From positions 1 to 56,886 of the forward strand of contig CALGTL010000020.1 of the NCBI GenBank assembly GCA_937901475.1: a stretch of 56,886 nt of DNA, read 5' to 3'. The notes below the pieces were generated by a model, which did no database searches, had not been told where the DNA came from, and saw only the letters and a program-made list of their open reading frames with translations. Numbering within the stretch: the first letter of the stretch is position 1; each line of letters begins with the position of its first letter. This stretch comes from an uncultured Dehalococcoidia bacterium (GTDB taxonomy: Bacteria > Chloroflexota > Dehalococcoidia > Lucifugimonadales > Australimonadaceae). A program made the position numbers and the translations under genes. Positions 1 to 10,074 of this stretch are shown here, piece after piece.

Positions 1-645
1 CCACTGGGTGTAAGCACTCAGTGGTAGATTCATCCGCGCGAGCTCTCTAGCGAGGCCGCTACGATTGGAATCGATCTCATGGTCATCGCTGTCGCGATTG
101 AGCATCTGGTGGTAATGGTCAAATGCCTGTTCAGCGTCGGATCTGAGCAGATTTAGCACCGCTTGTGCTTCATCAGATCTAAGCACTTCATCCCTGCCTT
201 GCCGATTTGCATCAGACTGAGCGGCAAGTTGATCGGGGGCAGGTACGTAGAACTCAGTATCGAGCATTGAGTATCGTGCAGAATATTCGTTCACAGAGGC
301 TGTCCGATGGCGTATCCACTGGCGTGCGATGAAGATGGGGAGTTTGACGTGTATTTTTAGTTCGCACATCTCGAACGGTGAAGTATGAGCGTTCCGCATC
401 AGGTAATTGATGAGACCTGCATCATCACGAGTGCGCTTCGTGCCCTTGCCGTAGGACACCCGTGCTGCTTGTACTATGGCCGCATCATCGCCCATGTAAT
501 CAATGACCCTGACGAAGCCATGGTCAAGTACAGGAAGGGCTTGGTATAAAACATCTTCCAATGCTGGGACAGTGGCTCGACGGGTTTGATAAGTCTCGCC
601 ACGTAGAGCGTCGACCTCAGCTTGCTGCTCAGGGGTAAGTGCCAT
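1..645 (-). CDS. thyX: FAD-dependent thymidylate synthase (3' end runs off the window)
   Basis: Not in the ORF track. Manual translation from ATG 645: [16 protein letters not shown]...[28 protein letters not shown]...HTSPFE...[19 protein letters not shown], which contains the ThyX signature RHRx7SxR. Confidence 0.95.
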   Translation of the reverse strand, partial: MALTPEQQAEVDALRGETYQTRRATVPALEDVLYQALPVLDHGFVRVIDYMGDDAAIVQAARVSYGKGTKRTRDDAGLINYLMRNAHTSPFEMCELKIHVKLPIFIARQWIRHRTASVNEYSARYSMLDTEFYVPAPDQLAAQSDANRQGRDEVLRSDEAQAVLNLLRSDAEQAFDHYHQMLNRDSDDHEIDSNRSGLARELARMNLPLSAYTQW

Positions 646-731
646 ATTGGGTCTAATCTTATCAGGGCTATGGCCTGAGTCGCATGCGCAACTGTGTAAG
701 TGAAATGCGAATAACAAGAAACGACTAACGG

Positions 732-1865
732 CTATTGAGTGAGCGGTGAGGGGTTTTCGAGTAAGAACTTGAGTTCCGCTAGGAATTGAGCAGCCTCAGC
801 ACCGTGAGCCACGCGGTGATCGACACCGAGAGTGATCGTCATGGTTCGTCGAATCACGAGCTCGTCGCTGATTACGACCGGGGTTGGCCTCACTGTGGAA
901 ACGCCCAGCACAGCAACCTGGGGTGCGACTATCACGACGGTGAATGAGTCGACATTAAACATTCCGAGATTGCTGACGCTAAACGTGCCCGAATACTCGG
1001 ATTGACGAAGGGTGCCGCTCCTTGCCCTCTGAGCAAGGTCTTTGGAGGCTTGCGCGATTTCGGCAAGTGATTTGGTTTCGCAGTTGGGTATTGCAGGCAC
1101 CATCAGCCCTTCGGGCAGTGCTACGGCGATTCCAATGTTCACATTTGAGTGGACGCTGAGATGATCACCTTCAAAGGTAGAGTTGAAGACAGGGTACTTC
1201 AGCAATGCGATGGTTGATGCCCTGATGATTATGTCATTGAGACTAGCTCGCGTTGGCCCGACATGGACGTGATTGAACTGGCGCCGGAGTTCCAAAGCAG
1301 AAGTCATGTCCACTGTGATATTGATGTAGAAATGAGGTACATCCCGCATGGTTGCTTCGGTGCGGCGCGCAATCGCTTCCCCCATAGGCCCAAGGGTAAT
1401 CTTGCCCTCAGTATCAGGCGTACGAGGGGGGAAACCTATGCGGAGCCCCGTCGCAGGTAGTTCAATTCCGCTCGTGGCATAAAGTACATCTTCCTTGGTT
1501 ACATGTCCGAGTGATCCGGTGCCGGTGAGAGTCGCGATGTCGATGCCGCGCTCCGCTGCTATGCGTTGGGCGACAGGTGAGACTCGTGTTGCCTCAACAG
1601 AAGGGCCAGGGATGGGTAATTGCTCTCCTGGGGCGCCTATTTGCGCCAGAATCGCTCCTACAGGTACGAGAGTGCCCTCTGGGGCATTAATTGTTAGCAA
1701 AGAGCCCTCTGCTAGAGACTCTAACTCTACTATTGCCTTATCGGTCTCTACTTCAACGATAACCTCGCCAATGAAAACCCGGTCTCCCTCCCGTTTGAGC
1801 CAGCGGATGATAGTCGCTTCGAGCACGTCGAAACCCATCTTGGGCATTGTCACTGATTGAGCCAT
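732..1865 (-). CDS. Dihydrolipoamide acyltransferase (E2) of a 2-oxoacid dehydrogenase-type complex
   Basis: One lipoyl domain (VETDKA), a PSBD ([15 protein letters not shown]...GTG), GTFSVSNLG and C-terminal [10 protein letters not shown] 1865 ([11 protein letters not shown]) is preferred over the ORF-track start at 1877. Confidence 0.93.
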   Translation of the reverse strand: MAQSVTMPKMGFDVLEATIIRWLKREGDRVFIGEVIVEVETDKAIVELESLAEGSLLTINAPEGTLVPVGAILAQIGAPGEQLPIPGPSVEATRVSPVAQRIAAERGIDIATLTGTGSLGHVTKEDVLYATSGIELPATGLRIGFPPRTPDTEGKITLGPMGEAIARRTEATMRDVPHFYINITVDMTSALELRRQFNHVHVGPTRASLNDIIIRASTIALLKYPVFNSTFEGDHLSVHSNVNIGIAVALPEGLMVPAIPNCETKSLAEIAQASKDLAQRARSGTLRQSEYSGTFSVSNLGMFNVDSFTVVIVAPQVAVLGVSTVRPTPVVISDELVIRRTMTITLGVDHRVAHGAEAAQFLAELKFLLENPSPLTQ

Positions 1866-1942
1866 GGAGTTCTCCACAGGCGAGGGTAGCGTTAGGCTAG
1901 TGTATTGCCCGCTGTTGCTTGAGTTCGTTGGATCTAGCGGGC

Positions 1943-1981
1943 AAAAAAAGAGAGGCGCTCAATGAGCGCCTCTCTTTTTTT
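1943..1981. terminator. Bidirectional intrinsic terminator downstream of korB
   Basis: Perfect inverted repeat aaaaaaagagaggcgctca-a-tgagcgcctctcttttttt, with A7 and T7 flanks. Confidence 0.9.
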
Positions 1982-1991
1982 CGCGATTCGG

Positions 1992-2870
1992 TTACATCAA
2001 CCTGCTCTTGAGACGATCGACTTGCTCCGGCGTGAGCTGCAGGTCTCGCTTAGCAATGGGCCCGCCTTCTTTCAGGATGGGATCGAGCTGAGATAGGGAT
2101 GGTGACTGAACCTCGAAAAATAGACCCGTATATATCGTGTCTCCCCATTCCATTGCGTAATCGCACGCTTGCTTCCAATCTGATGCATCGTGCTCAACTT
2201 CATCAAGCTTTTTGATGCGCTGCTTGAAGAAATCATGAGTGTTTTCCATATTGAACGTTACACACGGGCTGTGAATGTCAATGAGTGAAAAGCCCTTGTG
2301 CCGAATGCCATCGGCAATGAGCTTGGTGGTTCCGCGGATGTCCCCGCTGTACCCTCGCGCCACATACGTTGCACCGTTCATAATGGCCGCCGTGATGGGG
2401 TTATAGGGGTACTCAATGCTGCCGAATGGAGTGCTCTTTGTGGTGAGGCCTGGGCGGCTTGTGGGCGACATCTGGCCTGTCGTAAGACCATAAATCTGAT
2501 TGTTCATCACAACATAGGTGATATCCACATTGCGTCGGGCAGCATGGGTGAAATGCCCTGCTCCGATACCGTAGCCATCACCGTCTCCGCCTGTGGCAAT
2601 GACTGTAAGTTCATGATTTGCCATTTTTACACCAGTGGCGAATGGCAATGCTCGACCATGGAGCGTGTGCATCCCATAGGTGTTGATGTAACCAGGGGCG
2701 TTTGATGAGCAGCCAATGCCGCTTACTGTGACAACCTCGTGGGGCTGAAGACCCACATCGGCGTACGCACGTTGAATGGAATTGAGCACACCGAAGTGGC
2801 CGCACCCAGGGCACCAGTCGGGGTCCACACCCTTGAAGTCTTTTGCTGTCAGTTCAATGGTCGTCGTCAT
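1992..2870 (-). CDS. korB: 2-oxoacid:ferredoxin oxidoreductase beta subunit (TPP-binding)
   Basis: WCPGCG, SGIGCS, HTLHGR, GGDGD...NNQIYGLT and SPCVTF motifs. Substrate specificity cannot be determined from sequence. Confidence 0.93.
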   Translation of the reverse strand: MTTTIELTAKDFKGVDPDWCPGCGHFGVLNSIQRAYADVGLQPHEVVTVSGIGCSSNAPGYINTYGMHTLHGRALPFATGVKMANHELTVIATGGDGDGYGIGAGHFTHAARRNVDITYVVMNNQIYGLTTGQMSPTSRPGLTTKSTPFGSIEYPYNPITAAIMNGATYVARGYSGDIRGTTKLIADGIRHKGFSLIDIHSPCVTFNMENTHDFFKQRIKKLDEVEHDASDWKQACDYAMEWGDTIYTGLFFEVQSPSLSQLDPILKEGGPIAKRDLQLTPEQVDRLKSRLM

Positions 2871-2881
2871 TTCAAAACTCC

Positions 2882-4660
2882 TTAGACCACTATTTCCTGG
2901 AAGGGAATAAATTGCTCTGTGTTGTTCTTGAGGTTCTCTTCCACACCATCAGCGATGTGGTGCGGCATGAAGGGCTCTCCATCGTACTTCCGGATATGCC
3001 CATCCGGCACTAAGCCGGTTTCCCCGCGCAGGTAGCGGGCAAATTGACCAGACTGGTTGTTCTCTACGATGATCGTGTGGTTCGCGTTGGCGAAGACCTC
3101 GGCGATTCTTTCTGTATGTAGTGGGACTATCCATTTGACCGAAAGGAAGTTGGCAGTGATTCCTCGGTCTGCGAGGAGCGGCAATGCGTCATGCATCGCT
3201 GCAAACGTCGAGCCCCAGCCGATTAGAGTCACGTCCGCGTCTGCTGGGCCGATTATTTCGGGAGGTGCGATCTCAGCGACGATGTTCTCAAATTTGCGCG
3301 AGCGCTTCTCAACCATGGCTCGTCGTTTGTGTGGGTTGGTGAACTCATCTGAAATCAGCCCTGAGTTCTCCTCGTGCTCGTCGGTCGCGACCACGTGAAT
3401 GTAGCCTTCAAGCCCTGCGACAGCTCGAGGAGAGACTCCATTTTCAGTGAACTTATACCGATGGTAGCCAGTATTTCCTGCTGCGGGCTCGGTAATCGTT
3501 ACTCCGCGTTCGATTGCAGGGAAAAAGTCTAACTCGTCAGGGTCTACAGAATAGTGTCCCTCGGAGATAAGCAAATCAGAGAGCACAATCCCCGGACACT
3601 GGAACCGATCAGTAAGATTGAATATCTCCGGCATGAGATTGAAAGCGTCTTGCGCGTGAATCGGAGCCACGATGAATCGCTGGAAGTCTCCCTGGCTCGC
3701 ACCTAGCGCTTGCCAGAGGTCACCCTGCTCGGTCTTAGTCGGTACTCCAGTTGAAGGCCCTGCCCGCATAACGTCAATGTAGACCGTTGGGATTTCCATC
3801 ATTGACGCTGCACCAATCGCTTCTGTCATAAGGGCAAAGCCGCCTCCAGAGGTCGCGCTGAGCGTGCGTGCACCGGTGTGGGCCGCGCCGATTACGATGT
3901 TAGCGACACCGATCTCATCTTCAATCTGACGCACCATCGCCCCGATGTTTCGGCCATTGTTGGCGAACCAGTGCAGCACGCCAGTAGACGGGCTCATCGG
4001 GTACGCGGCGTAAAACTTGACGCCTGCCACTGCACCACCCATCGCTAGCGCATCATTGCCTGACCATACCCCCCGGGGTTTTTCAAGCATCGGGATCTCG
4101 TCGGGGAACTGCTCAAACTGCTTAATAGCATGCTCAAAGCCGGCTTGTGCGACCTTGATGTTTTCGTTGACCACAGCCTCACCCTTGCGTTGGAACTGTT
4201 GGGTGAGACTGTCTTTGAGGACTTGGAACTCCATACCAAGAAGGTAGAGAATTGCTCCGACAGCTACGGTGTTCTGGTTCAACCCTGCCCGGGCGTTCCC
4301 CGTCAGATCGGCAATAGGGAGCCCGCAAAGCTGGACACCATCAGCAGCTTTGCCTGGAGTAATCTTGTCGCTGTTATAAAGGACTTTGCTGCCGGCTTTC
4401 ATGAAATGCAGGTGCTTGTCCATTGTGTCCTGATTAAGACATAACAGGAGATCTATTTTATCCCCATGGGAATACTTCATTTCCTCTGTCGTCCGTAAGG
4501 TGAGGAAAATGTGCCCTCCTCGGACGATTGATTGAAATGCGTTGTACGAATTGAAATACAAACCTCTTCGTACGAATAATCTTGCGAGGATGTCACCTGG
4601 TGTGGCGATTCCTTGCCCTGCCTCACCGCCGATGGCGATGGCCATATCGTAGCTACTCAT
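2882..4660 (-). CDS. korA: 2-oxoacid:ferredoxin oxidoreductase alpha subunit (gamma-alpha fusion)
   Basis: N-terminal GGEAGQG; YPMSPS, EDEI, TSGGGFALMTE, RAGPSTGVPTKTEQGD, VENNQSGQ. Confidence 0.93.
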   Translation of the reverse strand: MSSYDMAIAIGGEAGQGIATPGDILARLFVRRGLYFNSYNAFQSIVRGGHIFLTLRTTEEMKYSHGDKIDLLLCLNQDTMDKHLHFMKAGSKVLYNSDKITPGKAADGVQLCGLPIADLTGNARAGLNQNTVAVGAILYLLGMEFQVLKDSLTQQFQRKGEAVVNENIKVAQAGFEHAIKQFEQFPDEIPMLEKPRGVWSGNDALAMGGAVAGVKFYAAYPMSPSTGVLHWFANNGRNIGAMVRQIEDEIGVANIVIGAAHTGARTLSATSGGGFALMTEAIGAASMMEIPTVYIDVMRAGPSTGVPTKTEQGDLWQALGASQGDFQRFIVAPIHAQDAFNLMPEIFNLTDRFQCPGIVLSDLLISEGHYSVDPDELDFFPAIERGVTITEPAAGNTGYHRYKFTENGVSPRAVAGLEGYIHVVATDEHEENSGLISDEFTNPHKRRAMVEKRSRKFENIVAEIAPPEIIGPADADVTLIGWGSTFAAMHDALPLLADRGITANFLSVKWIVPLHTERIAEVFANANHTIIVENNQSGQFARYLRGETGLVPDGHIRKYDGEPFMPHHIADGVEENLKNNTEQFIPFQEIVV

Positions 4661-4699
4661 TCATGCCTCCTTGAGCTAGCGCTCGTTCTCTCGCGGTCT

Positions 4700-6079
4700 C
4701 TACCCGTGGACCGCCCGGCCTTCAGCCGCGAGCGCAGCTTCCTTGACCGCTTCTGATAGCGTGGGATGGGCGTTTATTACGGCGCCTACCTCCACGCTTG
4801 TACCTTCCATGAGCCGGGTCAAACTTAATTCACCTAGCAATTCCGTCACTTCATGCCCTACGAGATGAGCACCAAGCAACTCGCCAGTGCTCTCATCTAT
4901 GATAATTTTTGCGAACCCCTCGTAGTCGTCCTGCGCAAGAGCTTTTCCATTGGCTAAGAAAGGGAACCTTCCCACTTTTACATTACGACCCTGCTCTGCC
5001 ACTTCCCGCTCGGATAAACCCATGCTTGCGACTTGGGGATTCGAGTAGGTTGCACGTGGAACCGCCATGTAATCGATGGGGTAGGTTTCTTCTCCTGCAA
5101 GAGTCTCAACGACGTATACGCCTTGGGCTTGTGCAACATGCGCCAAAGGCATCTTACCTGTTACGTCGCCGATTGCGTATATCCCATCGCCATTTGCTCT
5201 CAGTTGGTCATCGACTTTAATGAATCCATTTTCGAGTTGTACTCCTGCGTTCTCTAGACCGAGGCCTTCTGTGTTGGCGACGATCCCTATGCTTATAAGT
5301 ACTCGATCTGCTGTTATGTGAAGGTCATCGTCATCGGGGGTTTCGATGTGCACGATAACGCCACCATCAGTGCTTTCTACTTGCTTAATTTTCGATTCGG
5401 TCAGTATGTCTATACCGCGCTTCCGGAGTGATCGTGCGAGAGCGTATGAAACCTCATCATCTTCTTTGGGTAGGACACGTGGAAGGGCCTCTACGATGGT
5501 GACGCTGGCCCCATAGGCGTTGTATACGAACCCAAACTCTACGCCGATTGAGCCTCCACCGATGATGACAACGTTGGTTGGTGCAGTTTCTTGCAGAATC
5601 GCCTCACGGTATGTCACGACAACCTCACCGTCTGGTTCGATACCGGGTAGTAGACGGGGACTGGCACCAGTCGCAACGATGATGTTGGTCGCTTCGATAC
5701 ATGCGTCCTCTACGTTGATGGTATGTGGCCCCATTATCTGGGCCTGCCCTTTCACGTACTCAACGCCGTACTTCTTGAATAAGGACGCAACTCCCTTAGT
5801 TAGGCGTGTCACGACCTTCCGGCTTCGCTGTAGAGCCACCGAGTAGTCGGCCGTGACAGGGCCGGTAACGATGCCATAATTCGCAGCGCCCTTAACGGTG
5901 TTGAGAATATTGGCGTTGTGAATCAGCGCCTTGCTGGGGATACAACCCCAGTTGAGGCAAACGCCGCCAAGCTCGTCACGTTCTATGCAAACGGTGGTCA
6001 TGCCTAACTGGGCGGCTCTAATCGCAGCCACATAGCCGCCAGGGCCACCACCGATGATGGCTAAGTCATAAGTTGCCAT
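4700..6079 (-). CDS. lpdA: Dihydrolipoyl dehydrogenase (E3)
   Basis: GGGPGGY FAD motif, GGVCLNWGCIPSK redox disulfide and HPTLSE. Start placed at ATG 6079 (MATYDL). Confidence 0.96.
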   Translation of the reverse strand: MATYDLAIIGGGPGGYVAAIRAAQLGMTTVCIERDELGGVCLNWGCIPSKALIHNANILNTVKGAANYGIVTGPVTADYSVALQRSRKVVTRLTKGVASLFKKYGVEYVKGQAQIMGPHTINVEDACIEATNIIVATGASPRLLPGIEPDGEVVVTYREAILQETAPTNVVIIGGGSIGVEFGFVYNAYGASVTIVEALPRVLPKEDDEVSYALARSLRKRGIDILTESKIKQVESTDGGVIVHIETPDDDDLHITADRVLISIGIVANTEGLGLENAGVQLENGFIKVDDQLRANGDGIYAIGDVTGKMPLAHVAQAQGVYVVETLAGEETYPIDYMAVPRATYSNPQVASMGLSEREVAEQGRNVKVGRFPFLANGKALAQDDYEGFAKIIIDESTGELLGAHLVGHEVTELLGELSLTRLMEGTSVEVGAVINAHPTLSEAVKEAALAAEGRAVHG

Positions 6080-6157
6080 AGATGAAACCTTTGGTACCTC
6101 GCGCCGCGCCAGCGACCGATGACCCCATGTGCCGCACTGACCCACGGCTGACTTAGG

Positions 6158-6186
6158 ATTATATAAGAGTCAATGCACCCTCGCAA
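6158..6186 (-). promoter_or_regulatory. Sigma70-type promoter for lpdA-korA-korB
   Basis: Minus strand reads TTGCGA-17 nt-TATAAT. Confidence 0.6.
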
Positions 6187-6412
6187 AGGGGCTTTGAATG
6201 CCTGCTGGATCGACGGGAACCGAACCGGGTTATGGATACAAACCATGCGAATTGGACGGTCATAGGCGCGAACCTCTAGATTCGCTTATTCTGATGCTCA
6301 TAAAAGATGATGTTTTTGGCCGGCACGCCCCATGGCTAAGGAAACTACGTAGAATGTTCCGGTTCAACCACAGATGATGTAGTCCCGCTGGGGTCAAGTA
6401 AGGAGCAGCATA

Positions 6413-7231
6413 GTGAATGGCATTGAAGGTAAGGTCGCAATCGTCACGGGCGCAGGAAGGGGTATCGGGCAGGCAGTAGCCCTTGGCCTCGCAGAGCAAG
6501 GAGCCATGATTGTCGCGAATGACCTCGACCAAGATCCCTTGAACGAAACATTAGGTCAGATAGAGGCTATGGGTGGCAAGGGAGTTGGCATTGCGGCATC
6601 GGTTGGTGATCCGGAAATAGGCAAGCGCTTAGCAGACCTTGCGATTGAGCGCTTTGGGGATGTACATCTCGTTTTTACTGCAGCCGGGTTCACATGGGAT
6701 GGCATGATTCACCGTATGACGGATGATCAGTGGCAGGCCATTATCGACATCCATTTGACCGGGACGTTCCGAGTGGTGCGCGACGCATTCAACGTAATGC
6801 GCGATAACGCCAAGGTAGCCATGGATCGAGGTGAGACTCCAGTCGCGCGGCATATTGTCACCGTCTCGTCGCAATCAGGGTTCGGGAACCTTGGTCAGGC
6901 GAACTACGCAGCGGCTAAGGCAGGTATCGTTGGCCTGACCCGAACGATTGCGCTGGAAGGCGCGATATTTAACGTGGTTGCAAACTCGGTGGCATATGGG
7001 GCGATAGATACTCGACTCACTCGTGCTCGCGAATCGCAGGAAGAGCGATTGGGTGAAGCAGTGCTGGGTATTCCCAAGTCTCGTCGTGATGAGATGCTAG
7101 GGGATTTGCCGATGAGGCGAGTGGGGACAGTGGAGGAAGCGGCCGGGCCTGTCATCTTCCTGTGTTCAGACCAGTCCAATTACGTTTCGGGTGCGCTGCT
7201 GGAAATCAATGGCGCCTCCCATATCTCTTAA
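6413..7231 (+). CDS. Short-chain dehydrogenase/reductase, FabG-like
   Basis: TGAGRGIG and GQANYAAAK (YxxxK); SD aaggag upstream of the GTG. Confidence 0.9.
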   Translation: MNGIEGKVAIVTGAGRGIGQAVALGLAEQGAMIVANDLDQDPLNETLGQIEAMGGKGVGIAASVGDPEIGKRLADLAIERFGDVHLVFTAAGFTWDGMIHRMTDDQWQAIIDIHLTGTFRVVRDAFNVMRDNAKVAMDRGETPVARHIVTVSSQSGFGNLGQANYAAAKAGIVGLTRTIALEGAIFNVVANSVAYGAIDTRLTRARESQEERLGEAVLGIPKSRRDEMLGDLPMRRVGTVEEAAGPVIFLCSDQSNYVSGALLEINGASHIS

Positions 7232-7246
7232 TCAGGAGAGCAAAAA

Positions 7247-7780
7247 ATGGAAGAGCCACAGGTAGACCTCCGCATTAGCGGCACGCCGCCAGAGCGGGGA
7301 GACGATGAAGGTTTGAAGCAGCTCAACCAGCCCGAGCCGCTGGTGATACCACCGGATGAATTGCGTCGGCAGTACGAAGAGGAATACGCCCAGCTGGTCA
7401 AGGACGAAGCTACCCGCATATATGTCCACATGGCAGAGTTCGTGAAGGTAAAGTCATTCAAGCAAGTGTTCCGATTCATGGGACTGCACATGCGGGTCTA
7501 CAACGATGCAAGAGTGCGTCATGGGTTCGCCAGCGGCGGTATCCGTGGGCGGTGGTGGATGAAGCATTTCTGGACGTATACGATTTGGGAATCGCACGAA
7601 GCCCTGGAGCAATTCATGAGAAGTGGCTCTCACTCTGAATTGCTAGAACGCATGCGGGAATTCGCGGCTCCTGGCTCGTGCTACGTAGAGTGGGAGGCTC
7701 TCGGGGAACCCGATTGGTCAGGTGCAACAAGTCGCTTGGAGCACCCCACACGCTACTATGTGGACCCATTCTTCGGGTAG
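7247..7780 (+). CDS. Hypothetical protein with a DUF3291/ABM-like C-terminal domain
   Basis: SD aggag; FWTYTIWESHEALEQF...H resembles dimeric alpha-beta barrel proteins. Confidence 0.6.
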   Translation: MEEPQVDLRISGTPPERGDDEGLKQLNQPEPLVIPPDELRRQYEEEYAQLVKDEATRIYVHMAEFVKVKSFKQVFRFMGLHMRVYNDARVRHGFASGGIRGRWWMKHFWTYTIWESHEALEQFMRSGSHSELLERMREFAAPGSCYVEWEALGEPDWSGATSRLEHPTRYYVDPFFG

Positions 7781-7786
7781 AAGCCC

Positions 7787-8320
7787 CTAGTAGAGGTCGA
7801 TTAGCTTTGATCGACAGGCGCGCTGAACCGCTATGAGAATAATCACTGCAGTCCCGAGGAACACAATCAGATCCCAACTGAATCCATGTGCGATTATGGC
7901 TAGGGCTGTGCCGGCTGCAGGAGGATGTTCTGTATTGGTCGCAGCCATAAAAAACATGGTGATCCCTACACCTAGTGCTGCGTAGAGGGCAAAGATTGCG
8001 GGTATCTCAGCGATTAATTCTGCTCCTACGTTAGTGTCAGCAATTAGTCCCATTGGGCTAGCGACCAATACGGCGATTAAATGCCCACCAAAAGTGTGCC
8101 GCGGAGTGGCTGACGAGCTGAAGGGCGAGATGAAAAGCACGAATGCGGTCGACGCGATGGCAGCGACAACCACCGCGCGGGCTGCGATTCCGTCGGCGAT
8201 GAGCTGCTCAGCCAGGAGAACCGCGAATAGGGCAAGAGTCGCGATAGACACTTGCAGTACGTAGAGTTTCAGTTTGTTTTTGTGGTTAATCTTAATCAAG
8301 GACCGGAGCATGCTTATCAT
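7787..8320 (-). CDS. HPP family integral membrane protein
   Basis: ASTAFVLF..P, PRHTFGGH, TNTEHPPAAGTAL and several hydrophobic helices. Confidence 0.85.
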   Translation of the reverse strand: MISMLRSLIKINHKNKLKLYVLQVSIATLALFAVLLAEQLIADGIAARAVVVAAIASTAFVLFISPFSSSATPRHTFGGHLIAVLVASPMGLIADTNVGAELIAEIPAIFALYAALGVGITMFFMAATNTEHPPAAGTALAIIAHGFSWDLIVFLGTAVIILIAVQRACRSKLIDLY

Positions 8321-9021
8321 TTTCGGAACAAACTAAGAAACCTATCTTGATATTCGTCGAAGAGTCCCCAGCGCTCAAGCTCCCTGTGGACCTCGGCAGG
8401 TTTTGCCTGTCCTGCACGAGCCTGACTCATTAGGCGCTCAATGCGGTGCCGGGCTTCGCGCGGTATGCCGTCGTCAACGCCGAGTAGACCGTTATTGCGC
8501 AGCTCGTTGAAGTTCGTACGTGCCGACCGGTTGGTGAGCTCATAGATGAACTTCATGAGTGAGACATCCCACATCTCATCGATGCCACGAACCACCGCCT
8601 CTAGTGAACGCTCCTCACGGTCGAGCCTCTCGCCGATGCGCGTCGCTACTTCGTCAGGCGTGCCGGTGACGATACTGGTTTCCATCGCGTCATTCTTGTA
8701 GGTGTACAGAAGGCCAGGAGAATCAGGGCCGTAGGCCTCCATCAGATGATCAAGGTATTGTTGGGTATGATTGCCGAAACCTTCGTGGCGCGACAGGAAG
8801 TAGGGGGTGACGACCTGAGGCCGCTCCGCCCGCACGACTCCTTCACGGACTACCGATTCTGGGTCTTCCCCCGCACCAGCAAGGCCACGGTATGCGGGCT
8901 CGGTCACGAGGTAGTAGCGTACTGAAGTGCTGCCAAACGTAGCGAGTGCTTGCTTAGGAGGTCGTACCACCGAGGTCTTCTCGATGGCATCTGTTAGCTG
9001 TGGGTCAACTTCGTGGTCCAT
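8317..9021 (-). CDS. Hypothetical protein
   Basis: 234-aa ORF with natural protein composition; its stop overlaps the HPP start (ATGA). Confidence 0.75.
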   Translation of the reverse strand: MDHEVDPQLTDAIEKTSVVRPPKQALATFGSTSVRYYLVTEPAYRGLAGAGEDPESVVREGVVRAERPQVVTPYFLSRHEGFGNHTQQYLDHLMEAYGPDSPGLLYTYKNDAMETSIVTGTPDEVATRIGERLDREERSLEAVVRGIDEMWDVSLMKFIYELTNRSARTNFNELRNNGLLGVDDGIPREARHRIERLMSQARAGQAKPAEVHRELERWGLFDEYQDRFLSLFRK

Positions 9022-9063
9022 ACAGCGATATATGTTATCAGAGGGATTTTGAGCTTTGGGTTT

Positions 9064-9852
9064 TTAGATGAAATTGACAGTTACTACCCCGAGATTGCTA
9101 TAGGCAGCTGCGACACTGTTCCCCGCTTTGACGACTGGGGGGGCAACCATTGACCCAGGGATGACGAATTGGCCCGCTGCTATGCCATTGCCTTGCTCCC
9201 CAAGCTTATTCGCGAGCCAGGCAATGGCCTTTGCGGGATTGCCGAGAACCTCGGCGCCGATGCCACGCCCCGTTTCAACGCCGTCGATTTGCATCACTGC
9301 CTCTTCAGCAGAAAGGTCTATGTCAGCGGGTGAGAGGCGAGTATTACCGAGTACAACCAATGCCGCTCCGGTATTGTCAGCGATTAGGTCTTGTTCTCTG
9401 ACGCGCCAGCTCTCGAATCTACAGTCGATAATCTCAAGGGCAGGGAATACATAGTCAGTGGCTGCGATGACTTGAGCCGCGTCCACTCCAGGGCCCTGGA
9501 GTGGAGATTTCATTCGAAAGGCGATCTCGGCTTCAATCTTCGGCTGGATTAGCTTAGACATTTTCACCCGACCGCCATCTCTGACGGTCATGTCGTCGAG
9601 GATGACCCCATAGGCAGGGCCATCCATCCCGAAGGCTTTCATCGCACCAGCGGTAGTCACTCCGACTTTGAATCCCGCCATTTTTCGGCCGTCGCTAATC
9701 TTATGGCCGATGATGTCAGAAGCAATTTCATAGGAATCCGTAATCTCCATATCAGGAACTTCATCTGTGAAGGGACTGATTGGTACAAGCGCGTGCCCTG
9801 CATCCATCAACGAGTGGGCGAAGTGATGGAGATGTTGATGGTCGAGTCTCAT
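9064..9852 (-). CDS. 2-keto-4-pentenoate hydratase-like protein (MhpD/FAH superfamily)
   Basis: GFKVGVT, PKIEAEIAF, PALEIID, DLIADN, LGNP..AIAWLAN; SD aggag. Confidence 0.88.
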   Translation of the reverse strand: MRLDHQHLHHFAHSLMDAGHALVPISPFTDEVPDMEITDSYEIASDIIGHKISDGRKMAGFKVGVTTAGAMKAFGMDGPAYGVILDDMTVRDGGRVKMSKLIQPKIEAEIAFRMKSPLQGPGVDAAQVIAATDYVFPALEIIDCRFESWRVREQDLIADNTGAALVVLGNTRLSPADIDLSAEEAVMQIDGVETGRGIGAEVLGNPAKAIAWLANKLGEQGNGIAAGQFVIPGSMVAPPVVKAGNSVAAAYSNLGVVTVNFI

Positions 9853-10074
9853 GGGTACTCCTAAATGAAGCCTAGATTTCGAGATTGATGTATTCGAGTG
9901 ATTCTAGACTAAGTGGTTTCGGAAGAACGAGCAGACCTGACTCTAGGGCTTTGGGTCTTCGCCACGTGCGGCATACAGAAATAGAGGAGCATACCTACAA
10001 ACTATGCGTATACTCCGAAAGGATGATGACCTGCGAACGTTTTGGTGCGCGGTTCGCCTGCTAATATTCCAGTG

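Noticed and set aside
6080-6145. N-terminal extension of LpdA in the ORF track
   Set aside because: Homology begins at MATYDL, and the promoter position makes this stretch 5' UTR.
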